Program-made: the position numbers and the translations under genes
Origin: Candidatus Eiseniibacteriota bacterium
GTDB taxonomy: Bacteria; Eisenbacteria; RBG-16-71-46
Reading direction: 5' to 3'
Length of the DNA stretch: 64,000 nucleotides
Assembly (NCBI GenBank): GCA_038231135.1
Contig: JBBRLX010000011.1
Coordinates: 32,001 to 96,000, forward strand
Shown here: positions 8,516 through 21,519 of the stretch, piece after piece
How the letters are laid out: each line of letters begins with the position of its first letter
How positions within the stretch are numbered: position 1 is the first letter of the stretch
Notes under the pieces: generated by a model
Told to the model about the DNA's origin: nothing
Seen by the model: only the letters and a program-made list of their open reading frames with translations
The model's database searches: none

Positions 8516-9027
8516 GTGGCCTCGCTCGGCTTCCGGGCGCGGATGTCGCGCAGCAGGCGCGGCGGCACGTACCACAACAGCCGTCCCGCGCCCTCCGCCA
8601 CCGGGCCGTCGAACTCGATCGCGCACGCGCCCGCCTTCTTGAGCGCCAGCGCCGTGCGCGCGCCCGTCATGTGGGCGGCGAGCACACCAAGATCGGGCTC
8701 GTGACCTACGACGACGAGCCGCCCGGTGGCGGGGCGGCGGGCGATCTCCGCGAGCATGCCGCGGGTGCTCGCCCCGGACCGCAGCGCGTCGAGCGTGTCG
8801 ACCAGGTCGATGCCGAACACGTCAGCGAGGACGTTCGCGGTGCCGAGCGCACGCTCGTAGGGGCTCGTGACGATGCACGTCACATCACCCACCAGCCGGG
8901 CGAGACCTCTGCCGGACGCGCGGGTGCGTGCGATGCCTTTAGGTGTGAGCGGTCGATCCACATCGGTCGGCCAGCGGCTGGGATCCGGATCGCCGGCGGG
9001 ACCGTGACGGAACAGAATGACTTGCAT
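8512..9027 (-). CDS. sixA: SixA-like phosphohistidine phosphatase
   Basis: LFRHG, RPLTPKG, TSPYERA, VVGHEPDL. Confidence 0.85.
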   Translation of the reverse strand: MQVILFRHGPAGDPDPSRWPTDVDRPLTPKGIARTRASGRGLARLVGDVTCIVTSPYERALGTANVLADVFGIDLVDTLDALRSGASTRGMLAEIARRPATGRLVVVGHEPDLGVLAAHMTGARTALALKKAGACAIEFDGPVAEGAGRLLWYVPPRLLRDIRARKPSEAT

Positions 9028-9124
9028 GGCGAAGAAACCTGCGCTGCCTCGCGGCGAGACGGCCGCGCGCACGGGTCCGTGGACGATTCCTGGCCGGCGC
9101 GAGGGAGGCGCACCGGCTGAGGAC

Positions 9125-9154
9125 AGCCTAGCATTGCGCCCGGATCACGGGCAA
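9125..9154 (-). promoter_or_regulatory. Putative sigma70 promoter for sixA-tmkL-tmkL-CHAD
   Basis: Minus strand TTGCCC-N18-TAGGCT with extended TG. Confidence 0.35.
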
Positions 9155-9175
9155 AACCGTGGATTTTAGCGTGCG

Positions 9176-10156
<981 letters not shown>

Positions 10157-10193
10157 AGGTTCCTTTCGGTGTCGGGTGTCTGGGTACGGTTCG

Positions 10194-12273
<2,080 letters not shown>

Positions 12274-12284
<11 letters not shown>

Positions 12285-13581
12285 GGACGGTCTCCGCGGG
12301 GGTGGTCGTGGAGGCGCCGGTCGCCGGCGTGGCCGCAACGCCGTCGGCCTCCGCGGTCGCGCGCGTGTCGGGGCCGAGCCCGCGTTGCGCGAGCGCCACC
12401 AGCGGCAGCCCGAACAGCCGGATGAAGCCGGCGGCGTGCGTCGAGTCGTAGCCCGCCATGTCGAACGACGCGAGATCGGGCCGGTAGAGCGACTGCGGAC
12501 TCTGCCGCGCGATCGCTCGGGCCTGCCCGCGGTAGAGCTCGACGGTGACCTCGCCGACCACGGGCTGGAGCGCGGTGTCCACGAACGCCTGCAGCGAGCG
12601 GCGCAGCGGGGTGAACCACAGCCCGGCATAGATGAGATCGGCCATGCGTGGCGCGAGCTCCTCGCGCGTCCGCAGCAGGTCGTGGGGCAGCGTGAGCCGG
12701 CACAGATCCTCGAGCGCCTCGCGCAGCACCGTGCCCGCCGGCGTCTCGTAGACGCCGCGCGACTTCATGCCGACGACGCGGCTCTCGACCAGATCCGCCC
12801 GCCCGATGCCGTGCTTCCCCGCCAGCACGTTCAGCCGCTCGACGAGTGTGACAGGATCGAGGGTGGTGCCGTCGAGGCTGACCGGCGTGCCGCCGGCGAA
12901 GCCGATGCGCACCGTGTCCGGCAGCGCGGGCTGATCGGACGGGCCACACGTCAGCCGGAACATCTCCTCGCGAGGCGGGTTCATCGGATCCTCGAGCGGG
13001 CCGCCCTCGTGGCTCAGGTGCCACAGGTTGCCGTCGCGCGAGTACAGGTCGGCGGCCGTCTGCTGCACCTCGATGCCGTGACGCTCCGCGTAGGCCAGCG
13101 CGTCCTCGCGCGACCGGATGTCCCACTCCCGCCACGGCGCGATCACCTGGAGCTGCGGGGCGAGCGCCAGGTAGGTGAGCTCGAACCGCACCTGGTCGTT
13201 GCCCTTGCCGGTGCAGCCGTGGGCGAGCGCGTCGGCGCCGGTGCGCTCGGCGCACCACACCTGCCGCGACGCGATCAGCGGCCGTGCCAGCGAGGTGCCG
13301 AGCAGATAGCGGCCCTCGTAGAGCGCGCCCGCGCGCAGCGCCGGGAAGCAGAAGTCGCGCACGAACGGCATGCGCAGGTCCTCGACCACGACATCGCCAG
13401 CGCCCAGCTTGCGCGCGCGCGCCTCGAGGCCGTCGAGCTCCTTGCCCTGGCCGACGTCCGAGCAGTAGCACACGACCTCGCAGCCGTAGTGCTCCTTGAG
13501 CCACGGGACGATGATGCTGGTGTCGAGCCCGCCCGAATAGGCGAGGACGGCCTTGCGGGCGCTGTGCTTGCCCTGGGTCAC
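12274..13581 (-). CDS. argG: Argininosuccinate synthase
   Basis: LAYSGGLDTS, AHGCTGKGNDQVRFE, GMKSRGVYETP; GGAGG RBS and GTGA overlap. Confidence 0.95.
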
Positions 13582-14876
13582 GATGCCTCCTCGGTGGCGG
13601 GTGCTGGGGTCGTGGACGATGCGGTCGTGGTCGTGGTGGAACCCGCGAGGCCGTGCTCGCGCTCGAGCTGGCCAAGCGCCCGGTCGAGCCGCGCGACGGC
13701 TTCGGTGAGCTCTTCGGTCGTGACGTTGAGCGGAGGCAGCAGCCGCACGGCGCGCTCGCCGCCGCGCACCAGCAGCAGGCCGTGATCGCGCGCGGCGCGC
13801 ACCAGCGCCGCCGGGTCCCACGGCGCGTCCGCGCGCAGCTCGATCGCGCGCAGCAGGCCGAGCCCGCGCGCCTCGAGCAGCGACGGATGGTTGGCGACGA
13901 GCGCGTCGAGCGCCGCGCCCAGCTCGCGGCCGCGCGTGCGCACGCGGGCGAGGAACGCGCGCTTCTGCACCTTGCCCAGCACGAACGCGCCGGCGGTGGT
14001 GGCGACCGGGCTGCCGCCGAACGTGCAGCCGTGCATGCCGGGCGCCAGTGAGCGCGCGGCGTCGGCGGTCATCAGCACCGCGGCCAGCGGCAGGCCGCCG
14101 CCGAGCGCCTTGCTGAGCACCGTGTAGTCCGCGCGCACGCCGTAGTGCTCGGCCGCCAGCAGCCGGCCGCAGCGGCCCATGCCGCACTGGATCTCGTCGA
14201 AGATCAGCGCCGCCCCGAGTGCCGAGCAGCGGGCCGCCAGCGCCTCGAGGAACCTGCGCTCCGCCGGGATCGCGCCGCCCTCGCCCTGCACCGGCTCGAC
14301 GATCACCGCGCATACGCCGGCGTCGAGCACCCCGTCGAGCGCCGCCACGTCGTTGAACGGCGCGAACCGCACGCCCGGCACCAGCGGCTCGAACGGCGCG
14401 CGATAGGCCGGGTGGTGCGTGGCCGCCAGCGCGAACGCGGTCCGGCCGTGGAAGCCGCCCTCGAACGCGACGACGTCGCGGCCGGCCACGCCGCGCTCAC
14501 CGGCGCGCGCTCGCGCGAACTTGAGCGCGGCCTCGACGCCCTCGGTGCCCGAATTGCAGAAGAACACGCGGTCGTAGCCGGTGGCCGCGGTGAGCGCGCG
14601 CGCCAGTTCGATCCCCGGCGCGTGGCCGAACAGGTTCGAGACCTGCCCGAGCTTCTGGAGCTGGCGTCCGATCGCGCGCGCGAACCCGGTCGGCGTGTGG
14701 CCGAGCGCGTTCACGGCGATACCGCTCACGAAGTCGAGGTACTTGCGACCCGCTAAGTCCTCGACCCACGCTCCGTGGCCCGAGACCAGTTCGAGCCGCG
14801 GCAGCGGATAGAGCGGGGCGAGGCACTCGACCTCGGAGCGTGGAGTGGCGGTGGGGGCGTCGAGCACTGCGGTCAT
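13578..14876 (-). CDS. argD: Acetylornithine aminotransferase
   Basis: YLDFVSGIAVNALGH, NSGTE, FHGRT, EPVQGEGG, FDEIQCGMGR, SKALGGG. Confidence 0.92.
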   Translation of the reverse strand: MTAVLDAPTATPRSEVECLAPLYPLPRLELVSGHGAWVEDLAGRKYLDFVSGIAVNALGHTPTGFARAIGRQLQKLGQVSNLFGHAPGIELARALTAATGYDRVFFCNSGTEGVEAALKFARARAGERGVAGRDVVAFEGGFHGRTAFALAATHHPAYRAPFEPLVPGVRFAPFNDVAALDGVLDAGVCAVIVEPVQGEGGAIPAERRFLEALAARCSALGAALIFDEIQCGMGRCGRLLAAEHYGVRADYTVLSKALGGGLPLAAVLMTADAARSLAPGMHGCTFGGSPVATTAGAFVLGKVQKRAFLARVRTRGRELGAALDALVANHPSLLEARGLGLLRAIELRADAPWDPAALVRAARDHGLLLVRGGERAVRLLPPLNVTTEELTEAVARLDRALGQLEREHGLAGSTTTTTASSTTPAPATEEAS

Positions 14877-15730
14877 CGGGTGCCTCCGGCGGCGGTGAGC
14901 GTTGTGGGGTGGTCGAGCGGTGTGAGGCCCGCGGTCAGCAGCGTGCCCCGGCCTGAGCCCTCGAGCAGTGCCGCAAGCGTGTCCGGCCCCTGCCAGTCGG
15001 TGATCCAGACGCAGGCGGCGCCGGTGGCAAGGGCGGCGCGGGCGGCGCGCAGCTTGGGCTGCATGCCATGGCGGACGTCGGGATGCGCGAGTGCCAGGTC
15101 GAGTCCCGCGGCGTCGAGCTCGGGAACGATCGCGCCGTCGAGCACGAGGCCCGGCGTATCGGTCAGCAGCACCAGCGCCGGTGCGGCCATGGCGCCGGCG
15201 AGCGCGGCGGCCAGGTCGTCGGCGTTCACGTTGAGCAACTGGCCGGCATCGGCGCCCAGGCTCGCGAGCACCGGCGTGATGCCGTGGCCGAGCAACGCGC
15301 GGAGCAGCGTGGGATCGATTCCGGTGACGACACCGACGTGTCCGAGGTGTCCGACGTCCGGGTGGGGAACAACGCAGGCAATTCCGGCATCGAGCGCCGA
15401 GAGGCCTGCCGCCCGAACACCTTGCGCTGCGAGCGCCGCCACCCAGCGCCGGTTGACGAGTCCTGCCAGCACCGCCGCGACCACTTCGAGCGTGGCGTCG
15501 TCGGTGACGCGCAGCCCGGCGTGAAACCGCGGCACGATGCCGAGCCGCGCCGACCAGGCGCTGACCTCGGCGCCGCCGCCGTGCACGAGCACGGCCGGCG
15601 CGCCGAGCCGCTCGAGTGCGGGTGCCAGCTCGAGGATGGCATCGCCCTCGAGTGCCCGGCCGCCGAGCTTCACCACCACCGGCCCCGCGGCCGCCCGGGC
15701 CGGTCCGTGGTTCACGGAGTTCGCAGTCAC
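14873..15730 (-). CDS. argB: Acetylglutamate kinase
   Basis: VVVKLGG, VHGGG, GLRVTD, NVNAD, GMQPKL; GTG start overlapping the argC stop. Confidence 0.9.
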   Translation of the reverse strand: MTANSVNHGPARAAAGPVVVKLGGRALEGDAILELAPALERLGAPAVLVHGGGAEVSAWSARLGIVPRFHAGLRVTDDATLEVVAAVLAGLVNRRWVAALAAQGVRAAGLSALDAGIACVVPHPDVGHLGHVGVVTGIDPTLLRALLGHGITPVLASLGADAGQLLNVNADDLAAALAGAMAAPALVLLTDTPGLVLDGAIVPELDAAGLDLALAHPDVRHGMQPKLRAARAALATGAACVWITDWQGPDTLAALLEGSGRGTLLTAGLTPLDHPTTLTAAGGTR

Positions 15731-16818
15731 CAGGGGGTTCCGTGCACCGGCAGCCCCCACGCCTCGGGCCAGCCGAGCAGCAGGTTCAGGTTCTGGATGG
15801 CCTGGCCCGACGCGCCCTTCACCAGGTTGTCGATCGCCGCGGTGGCGAGCAGCGTGGTGCCGCCGTGCAGCGTGGTCACCGCCACGTCGCAGCGATTCGA
15901 GCCGCGCACGGCGCGCGTCTCGGGCCACGTGCCCGGCTCGAGCACCCGCACGAACGTCTCGTCGGCGTAGCGCGCGGCGTAGAGCTCCTGCGCCTCGGCC
16001 GGCGTCAGCGGCCGTTCGAGGGGCACAGACGCCGTAAGGACGATGCCGCGCGCCATCGGCGCCAGGTGCGGCACGAACCCCACCGGGACGGCAGCGCCCA
16101 GCCGGCCGTAGTTACGCTCCATCTCGGGCACGTGCGCATGGCCGGAGCCGGCGTTGTAGATCGACGCGCCGCCCTCGAGCTCGACGTAGGACGTCCGCAG
16201 CGACGGCGAACGCCCGGCGCCGCTCACGCCCGACAATGCGCTGACCATGACCGGCCCGGCGACGATGCCGGCCTCGAGCGCCGGCAACAGCGCCAGCGTC
16301 GCTGCCGTGGGATAGCAGCCGGGATTCGCCACGCGCGTCGCGCCCGCGAGCTCGGCCCGGAACGCCTCGGGCAGGCCGTACACGTAGCCCGCCGAGCCGT
16401 CGCGGTGATCGGACGACAGGTCGACCACGCGCGCGGGCAGGCTGCCCAGCGCGGGCGTGTCGGCGAGCAGTTGCCGCCAGGCCCCGTGCGGCAGGCACGC
16501 CACCAGCGTGTCGCACGACCCGTCCTCGAGCAGACCCGCGACCTGACCGGGCGCGTACACGTTCGGCAGCGAGTGCTGCCGTGGGTCGAGCCCCGGGAGC
16601 AGCTCGGCCGCGGGGCGGCCGGCGTGCTCGCGCGAGCACAGCGCCACGATCTCGAGCCCGGGATGCGCGAGCGCGAGCCGCGTGAACTCCTGGCCGGAAT
16701 AACCGCTCGCCCCGAGGACGGCGATTTTCGCCTGGCGGGGCGCGGCGCCGGGTGCCGGGGTTTCGGCCGGCTCGGGCCGGGCGGCGGGCGTCGCGATCGA
16801 TGGAACCGTGGCCGTCAC
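15727..16818 (-). CDS. argC: N-acetyl-gamma-glutamyl-phosphate reductase
   Basis: GASGYSG, ANPGCYPT, SGVSGAGR, IDNLVKGASGQAIQN. Confidence 0.95.
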   Translation of the reverse strand: MTATVPSIATPAARPEPAETPAPGAAPRQAKIAVLGASGYSGQEFTRLALAHPGLEIVALCSREHAGRPAAELLPGLDPRQHSLPNVYAPGQVAGLLEDGSCDTLVACLPHGAWRQLLADTPALGSLPARVVDLSSDHRDGSAGYVYGLPEAFRAELAGATRVANPGCYPTAATLALLPALEAGIVAGPVMVSALSGVSGAGRSPSLRTSYVELEGGASIYNAGSGHAHVPEMERNYGRLGAAVPVGFVPHLAPMARGIVLTASVPLERPLTPAEAQELYAARYADETFVRVLEPGTWPETRAVRGSNRCDVAVTTLHGGTTLLATAAIDNLVKGASGQAIQNLNLLLGWPEAWGLPVHGTPW

Positions 16819-17348
16819 TTGGCGAATCCTCCCATGGCACTGCGTGCACCCGTGGCGGCCCGGCCGCCCGTGGCCGACTCGCCGGCCGGCGCCGCGATGG
16901 CGTCCAGCCGCTTCCGCAAGCGGCGCGCGAGCGCCGCGTCCTCCATGATCACGAGCACGGTGTCGTCGCCCGCGACCGAACCCACGATGCCGTCGAAGCC
17001 CGCGAGATCGATGGCCCGCGCCACCCCGTTCGCATGGCCGGGAGGCGTGCGCACCACCATCAGGTTCTGGGCGATCCGCACTTCGTTCACGAACGTCTTG
17101 AGATCCAGCAGCCGGCGCTCGCGGTCGAGCGTCTCGACCGCCGGCCCCGGCAGCTCGTACAGCGCGCCCCCGTCGGCGTCGGGGCGCTTCACCACGCCCA
17201 GGCTGCGCAGGTCCCGCGACAGCGTCGCCTGCGTCACGTCGACGCCCGAGCGGCCCAGCGCCCGGACCAGCTCGTCCTGGCTCGAGTACCGCCGGCCCGC
17301 CAGCAACTGGGCCAGCAGTGCCAGCCGGCGTGAGCGGTTCATGAACAC
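16815..17348 (-). CDS. argR: Arginine repressor
   Basis: SQDELV, TQATLSRDL, GSVAGDDT; start may be ATG at 17342. Confidence 0.93.
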   Translation of the reverse strand: MFMNRSRRLALLAQLLAGRRYSSQDELVRALGRSGVDVTQATLSRDLRSLGVVKRPDADGGALYELPGPAVETLDRERRLLDLKTFVNEVRIAQNLMVVRTPPGHANGVARAIDLAGFDGIVGSVAGDDTVLVIMEDAALARRLRKRLDAIAAPAGESATGGRAATGARSAMGGFAK

Positions 17349-17390
17349 CTCATGGCGACGTCTCCGGTGCCCGGAACTTCCGGGAGAAAC

Positions 17391-17430
17391 TCAGATGAAT
17401 AAATATACAATCAGATGCATGAAAGTACGA
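17391..17430. promoter_or_regulatory. Tandem ARG boxes (ArgR operator)
   Basis: TGAATAAATATACA (17396-17409) matches TGMATWWWWATKCA closely; a weaker TGCATGAAAGTACG lies 20 bp away; AT-rich island directly upstream of argR. Confidence 0.8.
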
Positions 17431-17450
17431 CTTGAGGGCGGATTCGTCAA
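17422..17450 (-). promoter_or_regulatory. sigma70 promoter of the arg operon
   Basis: Minus strand TTGACG-N17-TACTTT, overlapping the second ARG box. Confidence 0.75.
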
Positions 17451-17536
17451 CGGGGATCTGGCGTCGGGCACGGAGTCACGCGGGGCCGGCGCGGAGCGCG
17501 GGGGCGCGAATGGGGACGCCGGGGCGGGCTGGGGCC

Positions 17537-17654
17537 CGGGGCCAACGCGAACAGGCGGACGCAGGGCCGTCTCGGGGCCGCGGGGTCAACGCGAACAGGC
17601 GAACGCCAGGCCGTCGCGGGGGCCACCGGGACCAACGCGAGAGGGGCGGACGCT
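17537..17654. repeat. About 45-bp imperfect tandem repeat, 2.5 copies
   Basis: Core cggg(g/a)(c/t)caacgcga recurs at about 17537, 17581 and 17627, followed by acaggcg in copies 1-2. Confidence 0.6.
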
Positions 17655-17672
17655 GTTGAGCGTCCGCCCCTC
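17641..17672 (-). terminator. Stem-loop / putative intrinsic terminator downstream of the secreted Asp-box protein gene
   Basis: Perfect 14-bp stem GAGGGGCGGACGCT-gttg-AGCGTCCGCCCCTC; weak U-tract. Confidence 0.6.
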
Positions 17673-17725
17673 AGGGGTTCACCGGGGGCTGGCGATCCTG
17701 CCGGCCCCCTGGAGCTGGGGTCAGG

Positions 17726-20392
17726 TCAGCGGACCACGCTCACGCGGGTGGTCTGCACCACGCCGCCCTGATCGAGCCGCACCACGTACATGCCGGCCGG
17801 CAGCGTGAGGCCGCTCGCCAGCTCGAGCAGGTGCTTGCCGGTGCCGAGCGATCCCACCTCGCGCACGCGAATCCTGCGCCCGGTGATGTCGACCAGCGAC
17901 AGCGTGGCCGGCGTGGCGCGGGGCAGCGTGAACGACACCCAGACCTCGCGGGTGGTGGGGTTCGGACGCACGCTCTCGATGCGGACCTTGTCGATCGACG
18001 GCACGATGACCGACACCTCGCCCATGTAGAGCTCCATGCCGCCGGTCTGCACCCCCAGCCGGTACGAATACTTGACGCCCGGATAGACGTCGTTGTCCAC
18101 ATACGTCATCCGGTGCTGGCCGTCGGCGTCGATCACGCCCTTCAGCACCCAGTCCGCGCCGTCGAGGCGGTAGACGTAGGCCTCGGTGATCTGATCCGAA
18201 GCCGCATACCACGTGACCCGCACCTGCTTCGCGTCGGCGTCGGCGTTCGCGAGCGATACCAGCGTCGGCGTGCTGGTGAGCGGCACCGCCAGCGCGAAGA
18301 TGTCAGCGTTGCCGTTGCGGCCGTCGCTCCAGGCGTTGAATAGCGTGAGATCGTTCGCGAACAGTCCCAGGTAGTCACCCTGGTTGGGCTGGATGTTCGT
18401 GAACGTCCGGCTCCAGGAGGTGATGGTATCGGTCACCCGTCCCACGTCGTGCCAGGTCAGCCCGCCGTCGTCCGAGCGGTCGAGATAGTTGTGCGATTCG
18501 CCGCCGCACGTGGGGGGGAACGCGTCCTGGAACCCGTAGAAGAATGTATAGACGGTGCCGTTCCCCGAGACCGCGACTTCCGGCAGCCAGTTGTCGAACC
18601 ACGGGGCGTCGCTGTTCGTGCGCACGCCGCCGTGGGCCGCGGGCCACGTGAGACCGTCGTCGGACGCCACCACGACCACGTCGCGCTGGTCGCGGCCGGG
18701 CTCGGTGAGGTGCGTGTTCACGCCGGTGAGGATGCTGTAGTAGCTCGACGTGCTGTTGCCGGGGATGTCGCTGAACATGCGGATGAAATAGGTGCCCGAG
18801 ACCGGGCAGGTCCACGTCAGGAAGCCGTTCGTGCCCTGGATCGGCAGATCGATGGCGCCCGTGAGGTTGAGCCGCGTGGTGTCGTCGGAGCAGATCACGC
18901 GCATGGTGTAGAGCGACGCCGGGATCGAGTCGCACCAGAACGTGTAGGTGGTGCCCTGCGTTGCGGGGAATTTCCAGTAGTCGAGTTCGCCGTGCCCGGG
19001 CGAGGGAGTGGGCGTCCACGTGAGCTGGCCCACCAGCGTCTGGCCGGGGGTGAACGGCGTGGCGTTGAGCGGCGAATTATTGGGCTCGGACTCGTTCACG
19101 GTGCCGAGGGCGCCGGCGGCGTCGAGGTCCCGGTACCAGTCCAGGCAGTCGTTCCACGCGATGTACACCCGCCCGCGATGCGGCCCAAAGCTGCGGTCGA
19201 CGGCGATCGACGGGAACGTGATGCCGCGCTCGCGGTTGAACCCGGGAGCACCGGTGCCGAAGTTGTCGAAGATCGAGGCCGCGATCCGCGGCGCCGTGAA
19301 CGTGCCGCCGAAATTCACGGACTTGCGGATCATGAAGTAGTCGGAGCCGTCGCCGGACGAAGGCCCGATCTCCTTCCATACGACGTACACCTCGCCACCG
19401 GGGCCGGTGATCGGCCGCGACCCCTGCACTCGGCCCGCGCCCGACCCATCGTTCATGACGACCGGAGCGGCGTAGGTGTGCCAGTCGGTCGTGCTGTGTT
19501 GGAACGCGATGTTGTCGCTGGAGGCGGTGAATACCGTGTAGGAGACGTACACCTTGCCGGTCGACGAATCGACGGCCGCCCACGGCTTGTCGATGAAACT
19601 CGTGTTCGACACGCTGGAGATCACCTGCGCCTGATCCCACTGGATCGTGGTGCCGTTGAAGTGGGCGCGCGCGATCGCCAGGCCGTTCGTCGTGTGGGCG
19701 GAGTTCTCGATCAGGCCCACGAAATAGAACTCGCCGGTCTTCTCGTTCACCGTGAACACCGGGTCCGAGGTCCAGCGGATCGTGGCCGCATGCGGCACCG
19801 GGCCGGCATGCGTGAACGACAACCCGCCGTCGATCGAATAGCCGTACCCCATCAGGTCCGAGTCGTCGCGGTAGCCGGCGCCTTCGTTCCATCCGATGAG
19901 CACGAACTGGTTCCACGCCGCGATCCCGGGCTCCGACTGCCCCGCCCCGTCCGCCCGGTCGCCGGTCGTGTCGCTGACGAGCACGTTGGGGCCGAGGTCG
20001 CTGGCGTTGGTCGAGAGCGGCTGTGCCCGGTCCGCCGCCGGCATTGCCGGGGGCCGGCCGCCGCCGAGCTCGGGAAGCAGCACGGGCCGCTGGCGCTCGC
20101 CGCGGTCGGGATGAGCGGCGGGCCTGCGGCCGTGGCGGCGCGCCGCGAGCGCGCGCGCGCGGTGCTCGCGCAGTTCCGCATAGCCGTCGGCCAGCGCCAT
20201 CCGGAGCTGGAGCTGCTTCACCTTCGCGAGACGCGCGGCGCCCGTTGCCAGGGGTGCGGACGCGGTTACGGTCGCGTCGTTCGAATGGTCCGTGGTCGCG
20301 TACGACTTAGCCGGAGCGGCGATAAATCCCAGCACGAGCCCCGCGGCCAGCCAGGCGATGGGTGCGATCGGGTGCAGACGGTTCGGCGACAT
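17726..20392 (-). CDS. Secreted sialidase-like (BNR/Asp-box) propeller protein with a PPC-like insert and a C-terminal T9SS-CTD/FlgD-like domain
   Basis: AAGGA RBS; signal peptide; SIDGG, SDDGLTW and SDDGGLTW Asp boxes; NESEPNN; tail VRPNP...LVDITGRRIR...LPAGMYVVRL. Confidence 0.75.
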   Translation of the reverse strand: MSPNRLHPIAPIAWLAAGLVLGFIAAPAKSYATTDHSNDATVTASAPLATGAARLAKVKQLQLRMALADGYAELREHRARALAARRHGRRPAAHPDRGERQRPVLLPELGGGRPPAMPAADRAQPLSTNASDLGPNVLVSDTTGDRADGAGQSEPGIAAWNQFVLIGWNEGAGYRDDSDLMGYGYSIDGGLSFTHAGPVPHAATIRWTSDPVFTVNEKTGEFYFVGLIENSAHTTNGLAIARAHFNGTTIQWDQAQVISSVSNTSFIDKPWAAVDSSTGKVYVSYTVFTASSDNIAFQHSTTDWHTYAAPVVMNDGSGAGRVQGSRPITGPGGEVYVVWKEIGPSSGDGSDYFMIRKSVNFGGTFTAPRIAASIFDNFGTGAPGFNRERGITFPSIAVDRSFGPHRGRVYIAWNDCLDWYRDLDAAGALGTVNESEPNNSPLNATPFTPGQTLVGQLTWTPTPSPGHGELDYWKFPATQGTTYTFWCDSIPASLYTMRVICSDDTTRLNLTGAIDLPIQGTNGFLTWTCPVSGTYFIRMFSDIPGNSTSSYYSILTGVNTHLTEPGRDQRDVVVVASDDGLTWPAAHGGVRTNSDAPWFDNWLPEVAVSGNGTVYTFFYGFQDAFPPTCGGESHNYLDRSDDGGLTWHDVGRVTDTITSWSRTFTNIQPNQGDYLGLFANDLTLFNAWSDGRNGNADIFALAVPLTSTPTLVSLANADADAKQVRVTWYAASDQITEAYVYRLDGADWVLKGVIDADGQHRMTYVDNDVYPGVKYSYRLGVQTGGMELYMGEVSVIVPSIDKVRIESVRPNPTTREVWVSFTLPRATPATLSLVDITGRRIRVREVGSLGTGKHLLELASGLTLPAGMYVVRLDQGGVVQTTRVSVVR

Positions 20393-20436
20393 CGGGCGCG
20401 TCCTTTTGTAGGCGGCTTTTGGAACAACCCAAGACT

Positions 20437-21285
20437 TCATGACGGCGTGGGGGAGGAACCGGCGAGGGTGGTGCCGAATTCCATGAAGAAATGCGACACC
20501 AGGCTGGGCCAGAGCGAGCCCCCGGAGAGCTCGCGCATCAGTCCCCACCACAGACCTAACGGCAGGACCACGCCAAAAATGTAGACCATCCACTCCACGG
20601 ATCCCAACCCCACCCCCGCGGGGGCCCGGATCGCCCGGATCGCGGTGAACGCCAGCGCCGGCCCCGCGACCCGCCCCCAGCGCTGCGTACGGCCGCCCAG
20701 CGAGCTCTGGAGGTAGCCCCGGAACAGCAGCTCCTCGGGCAGCGCCGACGCCACCAGCGCGAACAGCAGCGAGAATACCAGGCTGTCGGGGGTGGCGATC
20801 ACCCGGCCGGTGAACAGCGCCCGGTAGGAGTCGAACGCGACCACGACCACGGCGCCGATGCCCATGATCACCGCGAGCGGCAGCCGGGCGGTGTTGCCAC
20901 CGTGGAGGCCATAGTCGTGGAGCGGGTGGCCCTCGGCCAGCACCATCACCCACACGAACAGGCCGAGCGTGACGAAGATCACGTCGCCCAGCGCCAGCAG
21001 CCACGGGCTATGCTCCTGCCCCGACAACGCCGGCGCGATCAGCCGCACGAAGCACGCGCTGACGAGTCCGTACACGAGCGCGTAGGACAGTGCACGGCGG
21101 GTGCCGGCCGCCGAAGCCATCGGCGGGCGCGGGCCGCGGCGCACGGTCAGCGCGGCGAGTCCGATCACCAGCAGCACGAAGCCGCCGACGAGCAGCCCGA
21201 GCATCGGCTGGGTGTGGGGCGCGGGGGCGACGGAGACGGCCGGCACCATGAGGGACAGGTGGGTCAGCTGGCCGTGCAGGTCCAA
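20437..21285 (-). CDS. CPBP (Abi/CAAX) family intramembrane glutamic endopeptidase-like protein
   Basis: Multiple TM helices; PEELLFRGYLQ; GSLWPSLVSH; GGAGG RBS before the TTG start. Confidence 0.75.
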   Translation of the reverse strand: MDLHGQLTHLSLMVPAVSVAPAPHTQPMLGLLVGGFVLLVIGLAALTVRRGPRPPMASAAGTRRALSYALVYGLVSACFVRLIAPALSGQEHSPWLLALGDVIFVTLGLFVWVMVLAEGHPLHDYGLHGGNTARLPLAVIMGIGAVVVVAFDSYRALFTGRVIATPDSLVFSLLFALVASALPEELLFRGYLQSSLGGRTQRWGRVAGPALAFTAIRAIRAPAGVGLGSVEWMVYIFGVVLPLGLWWGLMRELSGGSLWPSLVSHFFMEFGTTLAGSSPTPS

Positions 21286-21519
21286 TCAGCCCTCCATGGA
21301 GACCGGTGGCCCGGCGGTGCCGGGCTCGCCGGCGTGCGGCGCGAGGCGGAGCCCCGGGAGTCGGGGCCGGATCGTGGCGATACTAAGGGTCGCATGGGGA
21401 ACGGTCTAGACAAAGCCCGTCGCCACGGGACGATGCACGTCCCGTCCCGTTCGCGTGCGGTGGCCGCATCGCGCCTCGAGCGGCTCGGTCGCATCGGTTC
21501 CGGGTCACGGCCGGCCCAT

